Shown here: positions 29,797 through 39,080 of the stretch, in pieces
Layout of the letters: every line of letters starts with the position of its first letter
Position numbering within the stretch: the first letter of the stretch is position 1
NCBI GenBank assembly: GCA_046349655.1
Contig: JAXMBY010000051.1
Location: 1-48,797, forward strand
Length of the DNA: 48,797 bases
Direction of reading: 5' to 3'
Origin: Planctomycetota bacterium
GTDB taxonomy: Bacteria > Planctomycetota > B15-G4 > JAXMBY01
Made by a program: the position numbers and the translations under genes
Notes under the pieces: model-generated
Database searches by the model: none
Seen by the model: the letters and a program-made list of their open reading frames with translations, nothing else
What the model was told of the DNA's origin: nothing

Positions 29797-31149
29797 TCAA
29801 GGGTGCTGGGGATCAATCTCCGCCGTGGTCTCGAGCACTGCCATCAACAGCAGCGCCGCCCACGGCACCAGGTGCAGGACGAGGCGTGGGCCGGCCGACT
29901 CGAGATGCCATGAAAGGCTGTAGGGTGTGAGAACGAAGATGACGGTGTAGAGCCCCAGATGCGAGAGCAGCAGAACCGCGTAGACCAGCAGCGGCTTGGA
30001 TTTCCGCCGCGAGGCGAAGACCAGCAGCGCGGTCGCCGCGAGCACGATCCACAGCGAGCCCCACATCGGCGTGCGCTCGTCGTCGACTTGCAGCTGAGTC
30101 CGCATGAATGCCGCCAGGATCCGTGGCACTCGGCCGCGGTTGGCGATCAGATCGATCGCTCGCACGCCGCGGAACAGCGGGTCGTCGATGCCATGCGACG
30201 TGCGCAGGAAGAGCCACGCGAGCGCGGGCCCGAGCGCGGTCAGCGCGAACACCGCCCACTGGGTGAATCGAACGCGCCGCGCCAAGCACAGCACGGCGAT
30301 CGCGGCACCGGTGATCAGCGCCAAGGCAAGGCCTTCGTTCTTGGTGAGCGCGCCAAACCCGAGCAGCAGACCCGCAGCGATGGCAGGCCTCACGCTCGCG
30401 CTCGCCAGCGCCTCGCGACCGAGGATGGCGAAGCCGAGCACGAACGCGGCGAGCGGCAGATCGGCGAACCCGCTCTCGCCGGCACTCCTCAGCGCCGGCG
30501 TCAAGGTGACGACCAGGAGCGCGATCGCTGCTGGGCGTGGCGGCAAGCGCCGCCTGGCCTCATCGAGCAGCAGTCCCACGAACGCGAGCAAGAACAGTGC
30601 GAACATCGGCTTCACGATCCGGCTGCGCAGCGAGGGCGCGGCGAAAAACAGCAACGCCTCGTTCAGCGCGATCAGCGGCGGGTATTCGATGTGCTCGGGC
30701 GCGGCCAGCGACTTCAGCCGCTCGGGTGCCAGGCTGCGCTCCACTTCGAAGACGCGCGCATTGGTGGCGTAGATCGTGATCGGGTCGGACGCATCGAGGG
30801 GCTCCGCGAGGCCGTGCAGGAGGACGGCGCCGAACAGCAGCAGCGGGAGCGTCTCGATGACTGTCGGTCCGTGCGGCACTGGCGGCAACCAGCGCTTCTC
30901 GAGCCACCACCTCGCCAGCCACCAGAGCGCAACCGGCAAGAGAACCATCGGCAGGCCAAACGCGATGCCGAGGAAGTGCGCCGCCATCATGATGACGGCC
31001 ACCGTGCCGGTCCCGAGCAGCCACCGCCAGCCGAGGAACGCAACCCAGGACCGTGCGCTGACCCCGACCAGCGAAGCGAGCAGATCGCCCGCGGCGAGGA
31101 TCAGCACGTAGGCCAGTGAGGCCTTGGCGGCATCGAGGATCATGGCCAT
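29797..31149 (-). CDS. Polytopic membrane protein, GT-C/O-antigen-polymerase-like (family uncertain)
   Basis: 450 aa, ~12 hydrophobic helices, periplasmic loops with conserved Asp/Glu (PLDASDPITIY). Positioned downstream of a secreted hypothetical and upstream of the decayed methyltransferase/acyltransferase/GT2 block on the same strand. Confidence 0.5.
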   Translation of the reverse strand: MAMILDAAKASLAYVLILAAGDLLASLVGVSARSWVAFLGWRWLLGTGTVAVIMMAAHFLGIAFGLPMVLLPVALWWLARWWLEKRWLPPVPHGPTVIETLPLLLFGAVLLHGLAEPLDASDPITIYATNARVFEVERSLAPERLKSLAAPEHIEYPPLIALNEALLFFAAPSLRSRIVKPMFALFLLAFVGLLLDEARRRLPPRPAAIALLVVTLTPALRSAGESGFADLPLAAFVLGFAILGREALASASVRPAIAAGLLLGFGALTKNEGLALALITGAAIAVLCLARRVRFTQWAVFALTALGPALAWLFLRTSHGIDDPLFRGVRAIDLIANRGRVPRILAAFMRTQLQVDDERTPMWGSLWIVLAATALLVFASRRKSKPLLVYAVLLLSHLGLYTVIFVLTPYSLSWHLESAGPRLVLHLVPWAALLLMAVLETTAEIDPQHP

Positions 31150-31168
31150 CAGCGCGCCCCCACCCGGT

Positions 31169-31699
31169 TCAGTGCCGCCGTCGATAGAGGACCACCTCGG
31201 GCGAGCCTCGCATCACCTCCTCGAGGGGGTAGGTCGAAAGGTCGAAGACGCCGCCATAGACCAGCACGTAGTCACAGCGTTGCATGGCCGCCTGCAGCCG
31301 CTCCGGCGTGAACCGGCGGCCGCCTTCCTCCAGCCCTTCGAACCGCATGCGAGCCATCTCGCGATCGCCCTCGTCGAGGCTTGGCGCCGACAGGATGCTG
31401 GGTTCGAACTTCTGCAGCACGAGCACGCGACTGGGAAGGAGATAGAAGTCAAAGGCGACGTTGGGGATGATGTCGGTGAGCACCAGGACGCGGGCCGGTT
31501 GCTCGACGTGCTGGGCAACCTCGCGCAGCCGCCGGTACGCTTGTGCGTGGGCTCGGTCGTAGACGGTCGGAAAGGAATCTTCACCAAAGCTCGCCAGCGT
31601 GCGCGGCAGTCGCGCCAGAGCTCGGATCTCGGCGCGCGCGGCGAGAAAAGCCTGCACCAGCATCGCCGCCATGACCAGCGACATCACCAATCGCTTCAT
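31169..31699 (-). CDS. Hypothetical secreted protein (176 aa)
   Basis: Signal peptide MKRLVMSLVMAAMLVQAFLAARA. 19-nt gap to the downstream membrane-protein gene (operon). No family recognised. Confidence 0.5.
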   Translation of the reverse strand: MKRLVMSLVMAAMLVQAFLAARAEIRALARLPRTLASFGEDSFPTVYDRAHAQAYRRLREVAQHVEQPARVLVLTDIIPNVAFDFYLLPSRVLVLQKFEPSILSAPSLDEGDREMARMRFEGLEEGGRRFTPERLQAAMQRCDYVLVYGGVFDLSTYPLEEVMRGSPEVVLYRRRH

Positions 31700-31743
31700 C
31701 GCCAGCCGACCTTTGCCGACTGCCGGCAGCTGATGCTGAAAGC

Positions 31744-32985
31744 ATGGAATCGGTCGTGACCGACTTTGCCATCCGGACGCAGAACCTGAACAAGAAGTAC
31801 CGGCTCTACGCTTCGGCGGCGGATCGCCTGCGCGAGCTCGCCGCGCGTGGACGACGCAAGCTGCACCGGGAAGTGTGGGCGTTGCGTGACATCAACCTGC
31901 AGGTCGAGAAAGGGTCGTCGCTCGGCGTGGTGGGCAGCAACGGCGCGGGCAAATCGACCTTGCTCAAGATCCTGGCCGGCACCACCCAGCAGACCGCGGG
32001 CACTTTCGAGGTGCGCGGCACGGTCGCGAGCCTGATCGAGCTGGGCACCGGCTTCCACGCCGGATTCACCGGCCGCCAGAACATCTATCTCAGCGCCGCC
32101 ATCATCGGCTTGCGACGCCAGGAGATCAAGAGCAAGCTCGGCGAGATCATCGACTTCAGCGAGCTCGGGCCGTTCATCGATGCACCGGTGCGCACCTACT
32201 CTTCGGGCATGGTGATGCGGCTTGGATTCTCGGTCGCCACCGCCGTCGACCCGGACGTCCTGATGATCGACGAGATCCTGGCGGTGGGTGATCTGCACTT
32301 CCAGAAGAAATGCATCGACCGGATCTTCGAGCTCAAGAGCCGCGGCAAGTCGATCCTGCTCTGCTCGCATTCGCTCTACGACGTGCGGCAGGTGTGCGAG
32401 ACCGCGGTGTGGTTGCGAGACGGCATGCTGCAGCGGTTCGGCGACGCCGCCCTGGTGACGCACGCCTACGCGGAATACGAGCGCTCGAGGTTTCGAGGTG
32501 GGCGCCCGGCCAGCGCAGTCGCCGACGCGCAGCGACACCAGGACCGCGCCGACAGCACCCCGCGCATCGGTCGGGTCAGGATCGTCAATCAACGCAGTGA
32601 GTCGATCTCGGTCGCTCATCTGGGCGACGACATCGCGTTCGAGATGGACTACACGGTGCCGCCTGACTGCAAGCCCCTCACGCTGGGGCTCGGCTTCTTC
32701 CGCGCTGACGGCATTCCGATCGCCACCATGGGCACCCACCTGATGGGCGTGGCGGTGCCGATCGCGCCTGGCGAGTACACGGCGCGCGTGATGCTGCCGC
32801 ACATCCGGCTCATGCATGGCGAGTTCCACGTCCAGGGCTATCTGGTCGACGACAAGGCGATGCACTTCTACGACCATGCCATGGTGAGCCAGCCGCTGGT
32901 CATCGAGCAAACCACCAAGGAGGTGGGCATGTTCCTCATGGATCATCAGTGGTCCATCACCAAGTGCGCAGCTGTTCGAGGATGA
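31744..32985 (+). CDS. ABC transporter ATP-binding protein, polysaccharide/O-antigen export type (Wzt/TagH-like) with a C-terminal substrate-binding beta domain
   Basis: Walker A GSNGAGKST, signature YSSGMVMRLGFSVA, Walker B VLMIDEILAVGD, H-loop LCSHS. A ~160-aa C-terminal extension is typical of Wzt carbohydrate-binding domains. Confidence 0.8.
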   Translation: MESVVTDFAIRTQNLNKKYRLYASAADRLRELAARGRRKLHREVWALRDINLQVEKGSSLGVVGSNGAGKSTLLKILAGTTQQTAGTFEVRGTVASLIELGTGFHAGFTGRQNIYLSAAIIGLRRQEIKSKLGEIIDFSELGPFIDAPVRTYSSGMVMRLGFSVATAVDPDVLMIDEILAVGDLHFQKKCIDRIFELKSRGKSILLCSHSLYDVRQVCETAVWLRDGMLQRFGDAALVTHAYAEYERSRFRGGRPASAVADAQRHQDRADSTPRIGRVRIVNQRSESISVAHLGDDIAFEMDYTVPPDCKPLTLGLGFFRADGIPIATMGTHLMGVAVPIAPGEYTARVMLPHIRLMHGEFHVQGYLVDDKAMHFYDHAMVSQPLVIEQTTKEVGMFLMDHQWSITKCAAVRG

Positions 32986-34126
32986 ACGGCAGGATGCGAT
33001 CGGCAATGACGTCGTTGCCGCGTGCGGTGTGATGGCAGTCGTCATAGAACAGCGGCTCGCTGCTCGTCTGGTAGGCCTGGCGTAGAGTGGGCAGAAGATC
33101 CAGCAGCAGCAACCCGTGCTCGGCACAGATGCGCCGCAGCTGTCGCTGCGGATAGTCTTCCACGAACTGCGCCTCCACCTGGACCCGCACCGGAAAGCAC
33201 ACCACGAGCGGGGTGAAGTGATGCAGGATCGACAGCCGCTTGAGCTCGCCGAACATCGGCTGCAGTCGGCGCCACGGATCATCCACCCACACGTGGCCCC
33301 AGCTGTAGAAATGCTTGAGCACGAAGCCGTAGAACGCATTGCGATCGACCAGCGGATCGCCGCTTGCCTGCGGGTACATCTTGCGTGCCTTCGCGAACCA
33401 CCGCGCCGCGTCCTCCTTGCACAGCTCGCGGTCCTGGTCGGTGCGCCCGCGCACCATCGACAGCGCCCGATAGACGTACTGACACAGCCAGCTGCGCCGC
33501 AACCAGCGCGGCACCGCGAGGATCCTCACGCCCGGGGAGTCGGCGACGTCGTTCAGGAAGAACCCGACCACCACCACGTCGGGCTCGAGGGCGATGCCGC
33601 TCTCGACCAGGATCGAGAGCTCGGTGGCGAGCGAGATGCCGGAGACGCCGGCATTGATGGTCTCGAGCGGCTGCGCGCGTTGCTCGGAGCGCGACTCGAC
33701 CAGGCGCACGAAGCACTGCTCGTCCGGCAGGTATTCCGCCATGGTGATCGAGTCGCCGAGGAACAGCACGCGCGGGCGCGTCTTCTTGCCGATCTCGCGA
33801 TTCCGGAAGCCGAGCGAGTTGGTGATCACCTGGGTGGTGAGCCCGCTCGTGCTGCTGTTCTCGATCGTCACCCGGCTGCTGGCGCGCAGCCGTCTCCCGT
33901 TCGGCGTGGGCACGAACAGGCCGATCTCGAGCGGCGTGCGCTGCGCGCTTCCCACCAGCGGCGAGCGGTTCTCTTCGGCCAGGCGCTCGGTGGTTCCCGA
34001 CAGCATCGTGATCTCGACGATGGGTGGCGGCCGGCAGCAGCAGCGCGCGGCGATCTCGAGCAGCACGATCGTCAGCAGGCTCGACGAGAACAGCAACCCC
34101 AGCCTGCCAGCGAGGCGCTTCGCCAT
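32957..34126 (-). CDS. SGNH/GDSL-family hydrolase with an N-terminal membrane anchor
   Basis: Block I VLFLGDSITMAEY (GDS), block III VVVVGFFLNDV, block V DDCHHTARG (DxxH). Probable start MAKRLAGRLGLLFSSSLLTIVLL at 34126, or MTARS at 34150. The longer ORF extending to 34363 has an implausible N-terminus. Confidence 0.65.
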   Translation of the reverse strand: MAKRLAGRLGLLFSSSLLTIVLLEIAARCCCRPPPIVEITMLSGTTERLAEENRSPLVGSAQRTPLEIGLFVPTPNGRRLRASSRVTIENSSTSGLTTQVITNSLGFRNREIGKKTRPRVLFLGDSITMAEYLPDEQCFVRLVESRSEQRAQPLETINAGVSGISLATELSILVESGIALEPDVVVVGFFLNDVADSPGVRILAVPRWLRRSWLCQYVYRALSMVRGRTDQDRELCKEDAARWFAKARKMYPQASGDPLVDRNAFYGFVLKHFYSWGHVWVDDPWRRLQPMFGELKRLSILHHFTPLVVCFPVRVQVEAQFVEDYPQRQLRRICAEHGLLLLDLLPTLRQAYQTSSEPLFYDDCHHTARGNDVIADRILPFILEQLRTW

Positions 34127-34355
34127 GATCCGGAACGACCGTGCTGTCATCGAAGCGAGGCCAGTGCAATAGCTTGGTTTGCGGCGTCCGGAGCGCATCA
34201 TCGTGCCACCACTGCCGAGCGTCAAGCACGCCCGCCGGCAGCCCTCTTGCCAGAAGCGGCCGTCTCGGTTATCTGATCGGTTGGACCGCTGCCGTACCGC
34301 CATCACAGTCCACGGCCATTCCATCGCGACGATGCAACCGGGAGAGGTGGTTGCC

Positions 34356-35957
34356 ATGGGCATGAAGCTGGTTGATGGTCCGCGCGCCCGCGTGGTGCTG
34401 TACTATCCCAAGCTGTGGGAACCACAGTGGCCTATGTGGGCGCCGCTCGACATGTATGCCATCGCCACGTCGCTCCTGCATCGCGGCTACGAGGTGACGC
34501 TGATCGACGAGCGCGTCCATCCCGATCCGATCGAGTGGCTGATGAAGGAGTTGCCGGGCGCGCTGATGGTCGGCCTGTCGGGCAAGTTCGGTGATCAGTG
34601 CCGCTACATGCGGGACCGCGCCCGGCTGATCAAGAGCGTGCGGCCCGATCTCCCGATCATGGCCGGTGGCTGGTTCCCGTCGCTGTTCCCGGAGGCCACG
34701 CTCGAATCACCCGACATCGACATCGTGGCGATCGGACCCGGCGACTTCAGCGCGCCCGAGGTGGCCGATCGACTGCTCGCCCATCGCAGCCTCGATGGCG
34801 TGCAGGGCGTCTGGGCGCGAGAACGCGGCACGCTGATCAAGAATCCGATCGGACATCTGCCGCGGCTCGACGACACGCACCCGATCGACTGGGAGCTGAT
34901 GGGCATTCGACACTACGTGCACCCCAACGGCTGGGTCAACTACTTCACCAGCCGCGGCTGCCCGGGCGGCTGCACGTTCTGCTCCATCTTCTGCCTCGAC
35001 CCGCACCGCTGGACCGCGCTCTCGGCGGAGCGCGTGGTGGACGAGATGGAGATCTTGGTGCATCGCATCGGCGCGCACGCTCTCAAGATCATGGACACCG
35101 ACTACTGCGCCGACGTGCGGCGCGTCGAGCGCATCTCGCAGCTGATCCTGCAGCGCGGCCTCGAGGTGCGCTACGAGGTGCTCGGCCGCCACTACAACCT
35201 GTGCCGCATGAACGACGAGCAGATCCGTCTGCTGCGCCGGTCCGGCTGCACCGAGATCGAGATGGGTGTCGAGTCGGGCTCGCAGCGGCTCGCCGATCTG
35301 ATCGACAAGCAGCTGCGCGTCGACCTAGTGCTCGGCACCGCGCGCCGCTTCGTGCAGAACGGGATCCGGCTCAAGGTCAACTTCATGTTCGGCATGCCCA
35401 CCGAGACGCGCGCGGACCTGGCGCAGAGCTTCCGCTTGATGATCGCTCTCAACGACGAGCTCGGCGAAGGCATCCGCCTCCAGCTGTTCCGCTTCACGCC
35501 CCTGCCCGACGCCCCGCTCAACAAGCAGGTCTGGTCGATGAAGGCGCGCGGCCACGACGGCCGCACCCCGCGCACCTTCGACGAGCTGCTCGCCCTGCCG
35601 ATCAACGAGGAGCCCGCGCACATGTTCTGGGTGTCGAAGCAGCACGAGCGCGACGTCAAGCGCACGTTCTACTACTACGCGCCGCTGGTGTTCTACAACG
35701 GCGCGCTCCAGACCGGTCGCGACCGCCCGCTGTGGACCATGGTGCTGAAGGTGCTGCAGCGCATCGCGCGCTGGCGAGTGTCGAACGGCCACTATCAGTT
35801 CCCGCTCGACATGTGGCTCAACGATTGGTTCGGCAAGCCCATGCCGCGCGCCGATGACGACGGCATCGGTCCCCCGGAGGACGTGCTGCCGGCGCCGGCT
35901 CCGATCTTCATGGGTGACTCGGTCGACACCAAGGCGCCGCTCGAGCCGGTGGTGTGA
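34356..35957 (+). CDS. B12-binding domain radical SAM protein (class B rSAM) with a C-terminal extension
   Basis: RBS GGAGAGGTGG 8 nt before ATG 34356. N-terminal cobalamin-binding Rossmann-like domain (VVLYYPKL...VTLIDERV...IMAGGWFPS). Radical SAM cluster motif CPGGCTFC (CxxxCxxC). ~120-aa C-terminal tail. Confidence 0.8.
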   Translation: MGMKLVDGPRARVVLYYPKLWEPQWPMWAPLDMYAIATSLLHRGYEVTLIDERVHPDPIEWLMKELPGALMVGLSGKFGDQCRYMRDRARLIKSVRPDLPIMAGGWFPSLFPEATLESPDIDIVAIGPGDFSAPEVADRLLAHRSLDGVQGVWARERGTLIKNPIGHLPRLDDTHPIDWELMGIRHYVHPNGWVNYFTSRGCPGGCTFCSIFCLDPHRWTALSAERVVDEMEILVHRIGAHALKIMDTDYCADVRRVERISQLILQRGLEVRYEVLGRHYNLCRMNDEQIRLLRRSGCTEIEMGVESGSQRLADLIDKQLRVDLVLGTARRFVQNGIRLKVNFMFGMPTETRADLAQSFRLMIALNDELGEGIRLQLFRFTPLPDAPLNKQVWSMKARGHDGRTPRTFDELLALPINEEPAHMFWVSKQHERDVKRTFYYYAPLVFYNGALQTGRDRPLWTMVLKVLQRIARWRVSNGHYQFPLDMWLNDWFGKPMPRADDDGIGPPEDVLPAPAPIFMGDSVDTKAPLEPVV

Positions 35958-36901
35958 CCCCACCGCAATTCAAGCCACGGTTGCTGCCAAACGAGGACGC
36001 ACTCATCCCAAACACGAGCCGCAGACGAGGACACGCTCGACAGATCATGTTGGTTGCATGCCTGATGGTCCTCGCGGCGGCGCTTTGTTTCGTGCAGCAG
36101 ACGCGCGACACGGTCGCATTGCGTTTGAGCCTGCGAGCTGGCGACGTCTTTCGCTACCGTTGCATCTTCGAGTTCACGTCCCCTTGGCTCGCCGAGACGA
36201 CCTCCCGAGAGCGCCTGCGAGGGGAGCTCGACGTGTGCCTGCACGTCATGGCGACGAGCGCGACCGGACCGTCCGAGATCGATGCCGAGGTGCGGCGCGT
36301 TCGCCCGGTCACCGACGGCATGACCATGGTCGCATCGACGCCGGTCGACACTCCGGCGAACGGCCCGGAACCGGAGGTCATGCGTGTGCGCGTCACCATT
36401 GACGAGGACGGCGGCATCATGTCGCTCGACGGTGTGCCAGCGGGCGAGATGCTCCGGCGCATCATGGTATCCGTTAACGGTGTGACCCAGCCGCCACAGC
36501 TGCAGCCGCGTGATGCGCTCCCGTTCTCGTTGATGCAGGTCTTCTGCCGACTGCCAACCGGTCCCATTGCCGTCGGTGAACCCTGGCCCGCTAGCGATGT
36601 CCCCGATGCAGGTTCATTGTTTCGGAGCAAGGTCGACCGCTGGGTGAGCTCGATCGACGACGATGCGGTTGTCGTGCGGGTCGACGGCGAGACGGCAATG
36701 AATCCTACACAGATCGACGCGGCGGTGACGATGGAGTCGAAGGGTTCGCTCGGCGGCACCGAGCGCATCTCGCGGCGCGACGGGTTACTCATCGAACGCT
36801 CACTCGTCATCAAATACGTGGTGCGCGCCAAGGCCGACGACGGGGCATCGAGGACCATGGGGAAACAAACCATTACCGTGGTACGCGTCACGACACCCTG
36901 A
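35954..36901 (+). CDS. Hypothetical membrane-anchored protein (315 aa), translationally coupled to the upstream rSAM gene
   Basis: GTG 35954 overlaps the rSAM stop (GTGTGA). A single N-terminal TM segment MLVACLMVLAAALCF is followed by a beta-rich soluble domain. No family recognised. Confidence 0.5.
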   Translation: MTPPQFKPRLLPNEDALIPNTSRRRGHARQIMLVACLMVLAAALCFVQQTRDTVALRLSLRAGDVFRYRCIFEFTSPWLAETTSRERLRGELDVCLHVMATSATGPSEIDAEVRRVRPVTDGMTMVASTPVDTPANGPEPEVMRVRVTIDEDGGIMSLDGVPAGEMLRRIMVSVNGVTQPPQLQPRDALPFSLMQVFCRLPTGPIAVGEPWPASDVPDAGSLFRSKVDRWVSSIDDDAVVVRVDGETAMNPTQIDAAVTMESKGSLGGTERISRRDGLLIERSLVIKYVVRAKADDGASRTMGKQTITVVRVTTP

Positions 36902-37133
36902 TCAGGACGAGCACGGCGCGTTGTGGGAAGGTCTAATGGGTCGCGGCTCAGCGTGGCCGCGATGCACCACCTTATCACCGACCGGCCGCGGCCGCGCCGA
37001 TCGAGGAACTCAGCCAGCAACTCGCCGAGCTCGGCGTGCTCCCGCTCGTTCGGTTCCTCGTCACTCATACACCACGCAATCCATCACAGCGCTTCATTCA
37101 TGACTGCCGCCACGGTCGCTCGAGGACCGGTTC

Positions 37134-39080
37134 TTATCGCGATGCCGACACCATCGCCAGTGGCTCCGCCAGGCCGCAGTCGATCAGCCCACGGGCAAGC
37201 CGCACGCCCTGTTCGCCGAGGCGATCGGGCAGCGCGCCGGCGGCGAGCGCCTCGATGAGGCGTGCTTCCTCGTCGGTCACCCGACAAGAGCGCGAGGCGC
37301 CCACCGCGGGATGCGAGAAGATCAGGTAGATGGCCGGCTCCGGCGGCACGGCGAGATACTGATCGACGTTGCGCGCCTCGAGCAGCGGCTCGGGATCGAA
37401 CGGGAAGGCCACCAATGCGAGCGGCACCGTGAACTGCAACGCCGCGAGCGGCACCGACGGCGACCGGGGCGGCGGTTGCTCGACGTCCCACGGGGGATCG
37501 ATCAGGCCTTGCGATCGGAACCGGATGCCGGCGATGTCGAGTCCCTCGAAGTGATGCCAGCCTTCGCCGACCAGCGCCATGCGGGCCAGCATGTACCGCG
37601 CGAGCGTGGCGAGGCGCGCAGCGATCTCGCGCGGCGCGGGCGCAATCGCCAGGGTCGCGACGAACGTCTCGAAGCATTCGAGGATCCGCTCGATCACCTC
37701 CTTGCCGGCTCTCAGCTGGTGGTAGAGATCCGCGTCGGATTGCAGGCCGCGCGCCGCGACGAATTGCATCCATGCCCTGGTCAGGTTGCCCACCGGCTGT
37801 CCGCTCAAGCGCCGCAGCCGATCGAGGATCCCCTGCCAGCGCTCGATCCAGTGCACCATGCGATGCCCCAGCGCCACGTCATCGCGCGACATCGTGGGCG
37901 ACGAGATCAAGCGGTTGCGATGGGCCTGGTCGTAGACCAGCTCGAGACGAGCAGCATCGGTCATCAACTCGGAGTTCGGCAGCACGTGCAGGTGCGAGCA
38001 CACGATCGCGCCAGGCGACCGATCGAAGGTCCAGTTCACGGTCCTGGTGAAGCCGTCGAGATCGTCCCTGGGCAATCCCATGATGATCTCGAGCGCCAGG
38101 CACGGCTCGCCTGACGGCGTGATCGGGTCGAGCAGGCGCTCGACCTCGGGCGGATTCCACACGCGATGGATCGCTTCCATCGCCGCCGGATTGGTGGTCT
38201 GGATGCCGACACCGACGTACGCGCGGCCGATCCTGGACAGGAGCTCGACGGTGCGCGCGTCCATGAGGCGCGGGTACAGCTCGAGCCAGATCCACGGCTT
38301 GAACTTGACCTCGAGCAGGTACTCGAGGATCTGATGGGCGCGCGGCCGGTTCAGGTTGAAGATCGCGTCGACGAAGAACACGGTCTTGATCTCGGCGCGG
38401 TTCAGCTGATCGATCTCCGCCTTGACGCGCTCGAACGAGAAGTAGCGCGCGCGGTTGCGATCCCAGCCGCAGAACGAGCAATCGAAGGGGCAGCCGCGCA
38501 GCGTCTCGACGTAGCAGCCGCCCACCGGGCGCAGCTGGCCGCCAACGTACGGCGAGGGAATCGTGTCCAGCTCGGCAATGAGCGCGCGCGCCGGCGTTTG
38601 CTGCACGTGACCGTTCTCGCGGAACGCGACGCCGCGCAGCGTCTGGTCGGGTCGCTGGCCGTCGAGCTCGCGCTCCAGGTACTCGACGAAGGTGGATTCC
38701 CCTTCACCGAGCACGATCAGATCGATCGCGGGGTTCTCGAGCAGGAGCCTGGATGCCATGGCGGTCGCATCCGGGCCGCCGAGCACGATGCGGACATCGG
38801 GACGGCGCGCCTTCAGCTCGCGGCTGACCAGAAGCGCGAGCGCGGTGTTCCAGACGTAGCAGCCCATGCCCACGATGTCGGGGCGCGCCTGCACGATGCC
38901 GTCGACGATGGGGCCCGCATGATCGCGCTCGGCATCCCACACCAGGTGCTCGACGGATGCACGGCTCGACAGGCGCGGCGCATTCTCGACCGCTGCGTGC
39001 AGATAGCCCAGGCCCAACAGCGCGCGGTCGAAGCCGCCGAAGCGGTCGCGGGTGCCCAGCGAGACGAGGACCACCCTCAT
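37134..39080 (-). CDS. Second B12-binding domain radical SAM protein with a ~200-aa C-terminal extension
   Basis: ATG at 39080 (MRVVLVSL) with AGGGA 7 nt upstream; the track ORF extends to 39125. B12-binding domain (VVLVSLGTRDRF...IVLGGPDAT). CxxxCxxC as RGCPFDCSFCG. Long helical C-terminal tail. Confidence 0.8.
   Translation of the reverse strand: MRVVLVSLGTRDRFGGFDRALLGLGYLHAAVENAPRLSSRASVEHLVWDAERDHAGPIVDGIVQARPDIVGMGCYVWNTALALLVSRELKARRPDVRIVLGGPDATAMASRLLLENPAIDLIVLGEGESTFVEYLERELDGQRPDQTLRGVAFRENGHVQQTPARALIAELDTIPSPYVGGQLRPVGGCYVETLRGCPFDCSFCGWDRNRARYFSFERVKAEIDQLNRAEIKTVFFVDAIFNLNRPRAHQILEYLLEVKFKPWIWLELYPRLMDARTVELLSRIGRAYVGVGIQTTNPAAMEAIHRVWNPPEVERLLDPITPSGEPCLALEIIMGLPRDDLDGFTRTVNWTFDRSPGAIVCSHLHVLPNSELMTDAARLELVYDQAHRNRLISSPTMSRDDVALGHRMVHWIERWQGILDRLRRLSGQPVGNLTRAWMQFVAARGLQSDADLYHQLRAGKEVIERILECFETFVATLAIAPAPREIAARLATLARYMLARMALVGEGWHHFEGLDIAGIRFRSQGLIDPPWDVEQPPPRSPSVPLAALQFTVPLALVAFPFDPEPLLEARNVDQYLAVPPEPAIYLIFSHPAVGASRSCRVTDEEARLIEALAAGALPDRLGEQGVRLARGLIDCGLAEPLAMVSASR

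Noticed and set aside
34179-34363. Extended N-termini for the divergent rSAM (start 34179) and SGNH (start 34363) ORFs that would make the two genes overlap head-to-head by ~185 bp
   Set aside because: Both extensions are Arg/Pro-rich and follow no RBS. Internal starts with good RBS (34356) and a membrane-anchor N-terminus (34126) give a normal ~230-bp divergent promoter region.
35954-36901. The 315-aa protein between the rSAMs as a RiPP precursor
   Set aside because: Far too large and membrane-anchored. There is no leader/core organisation and no Cys/Ser/Thr-rich C-terminal core.
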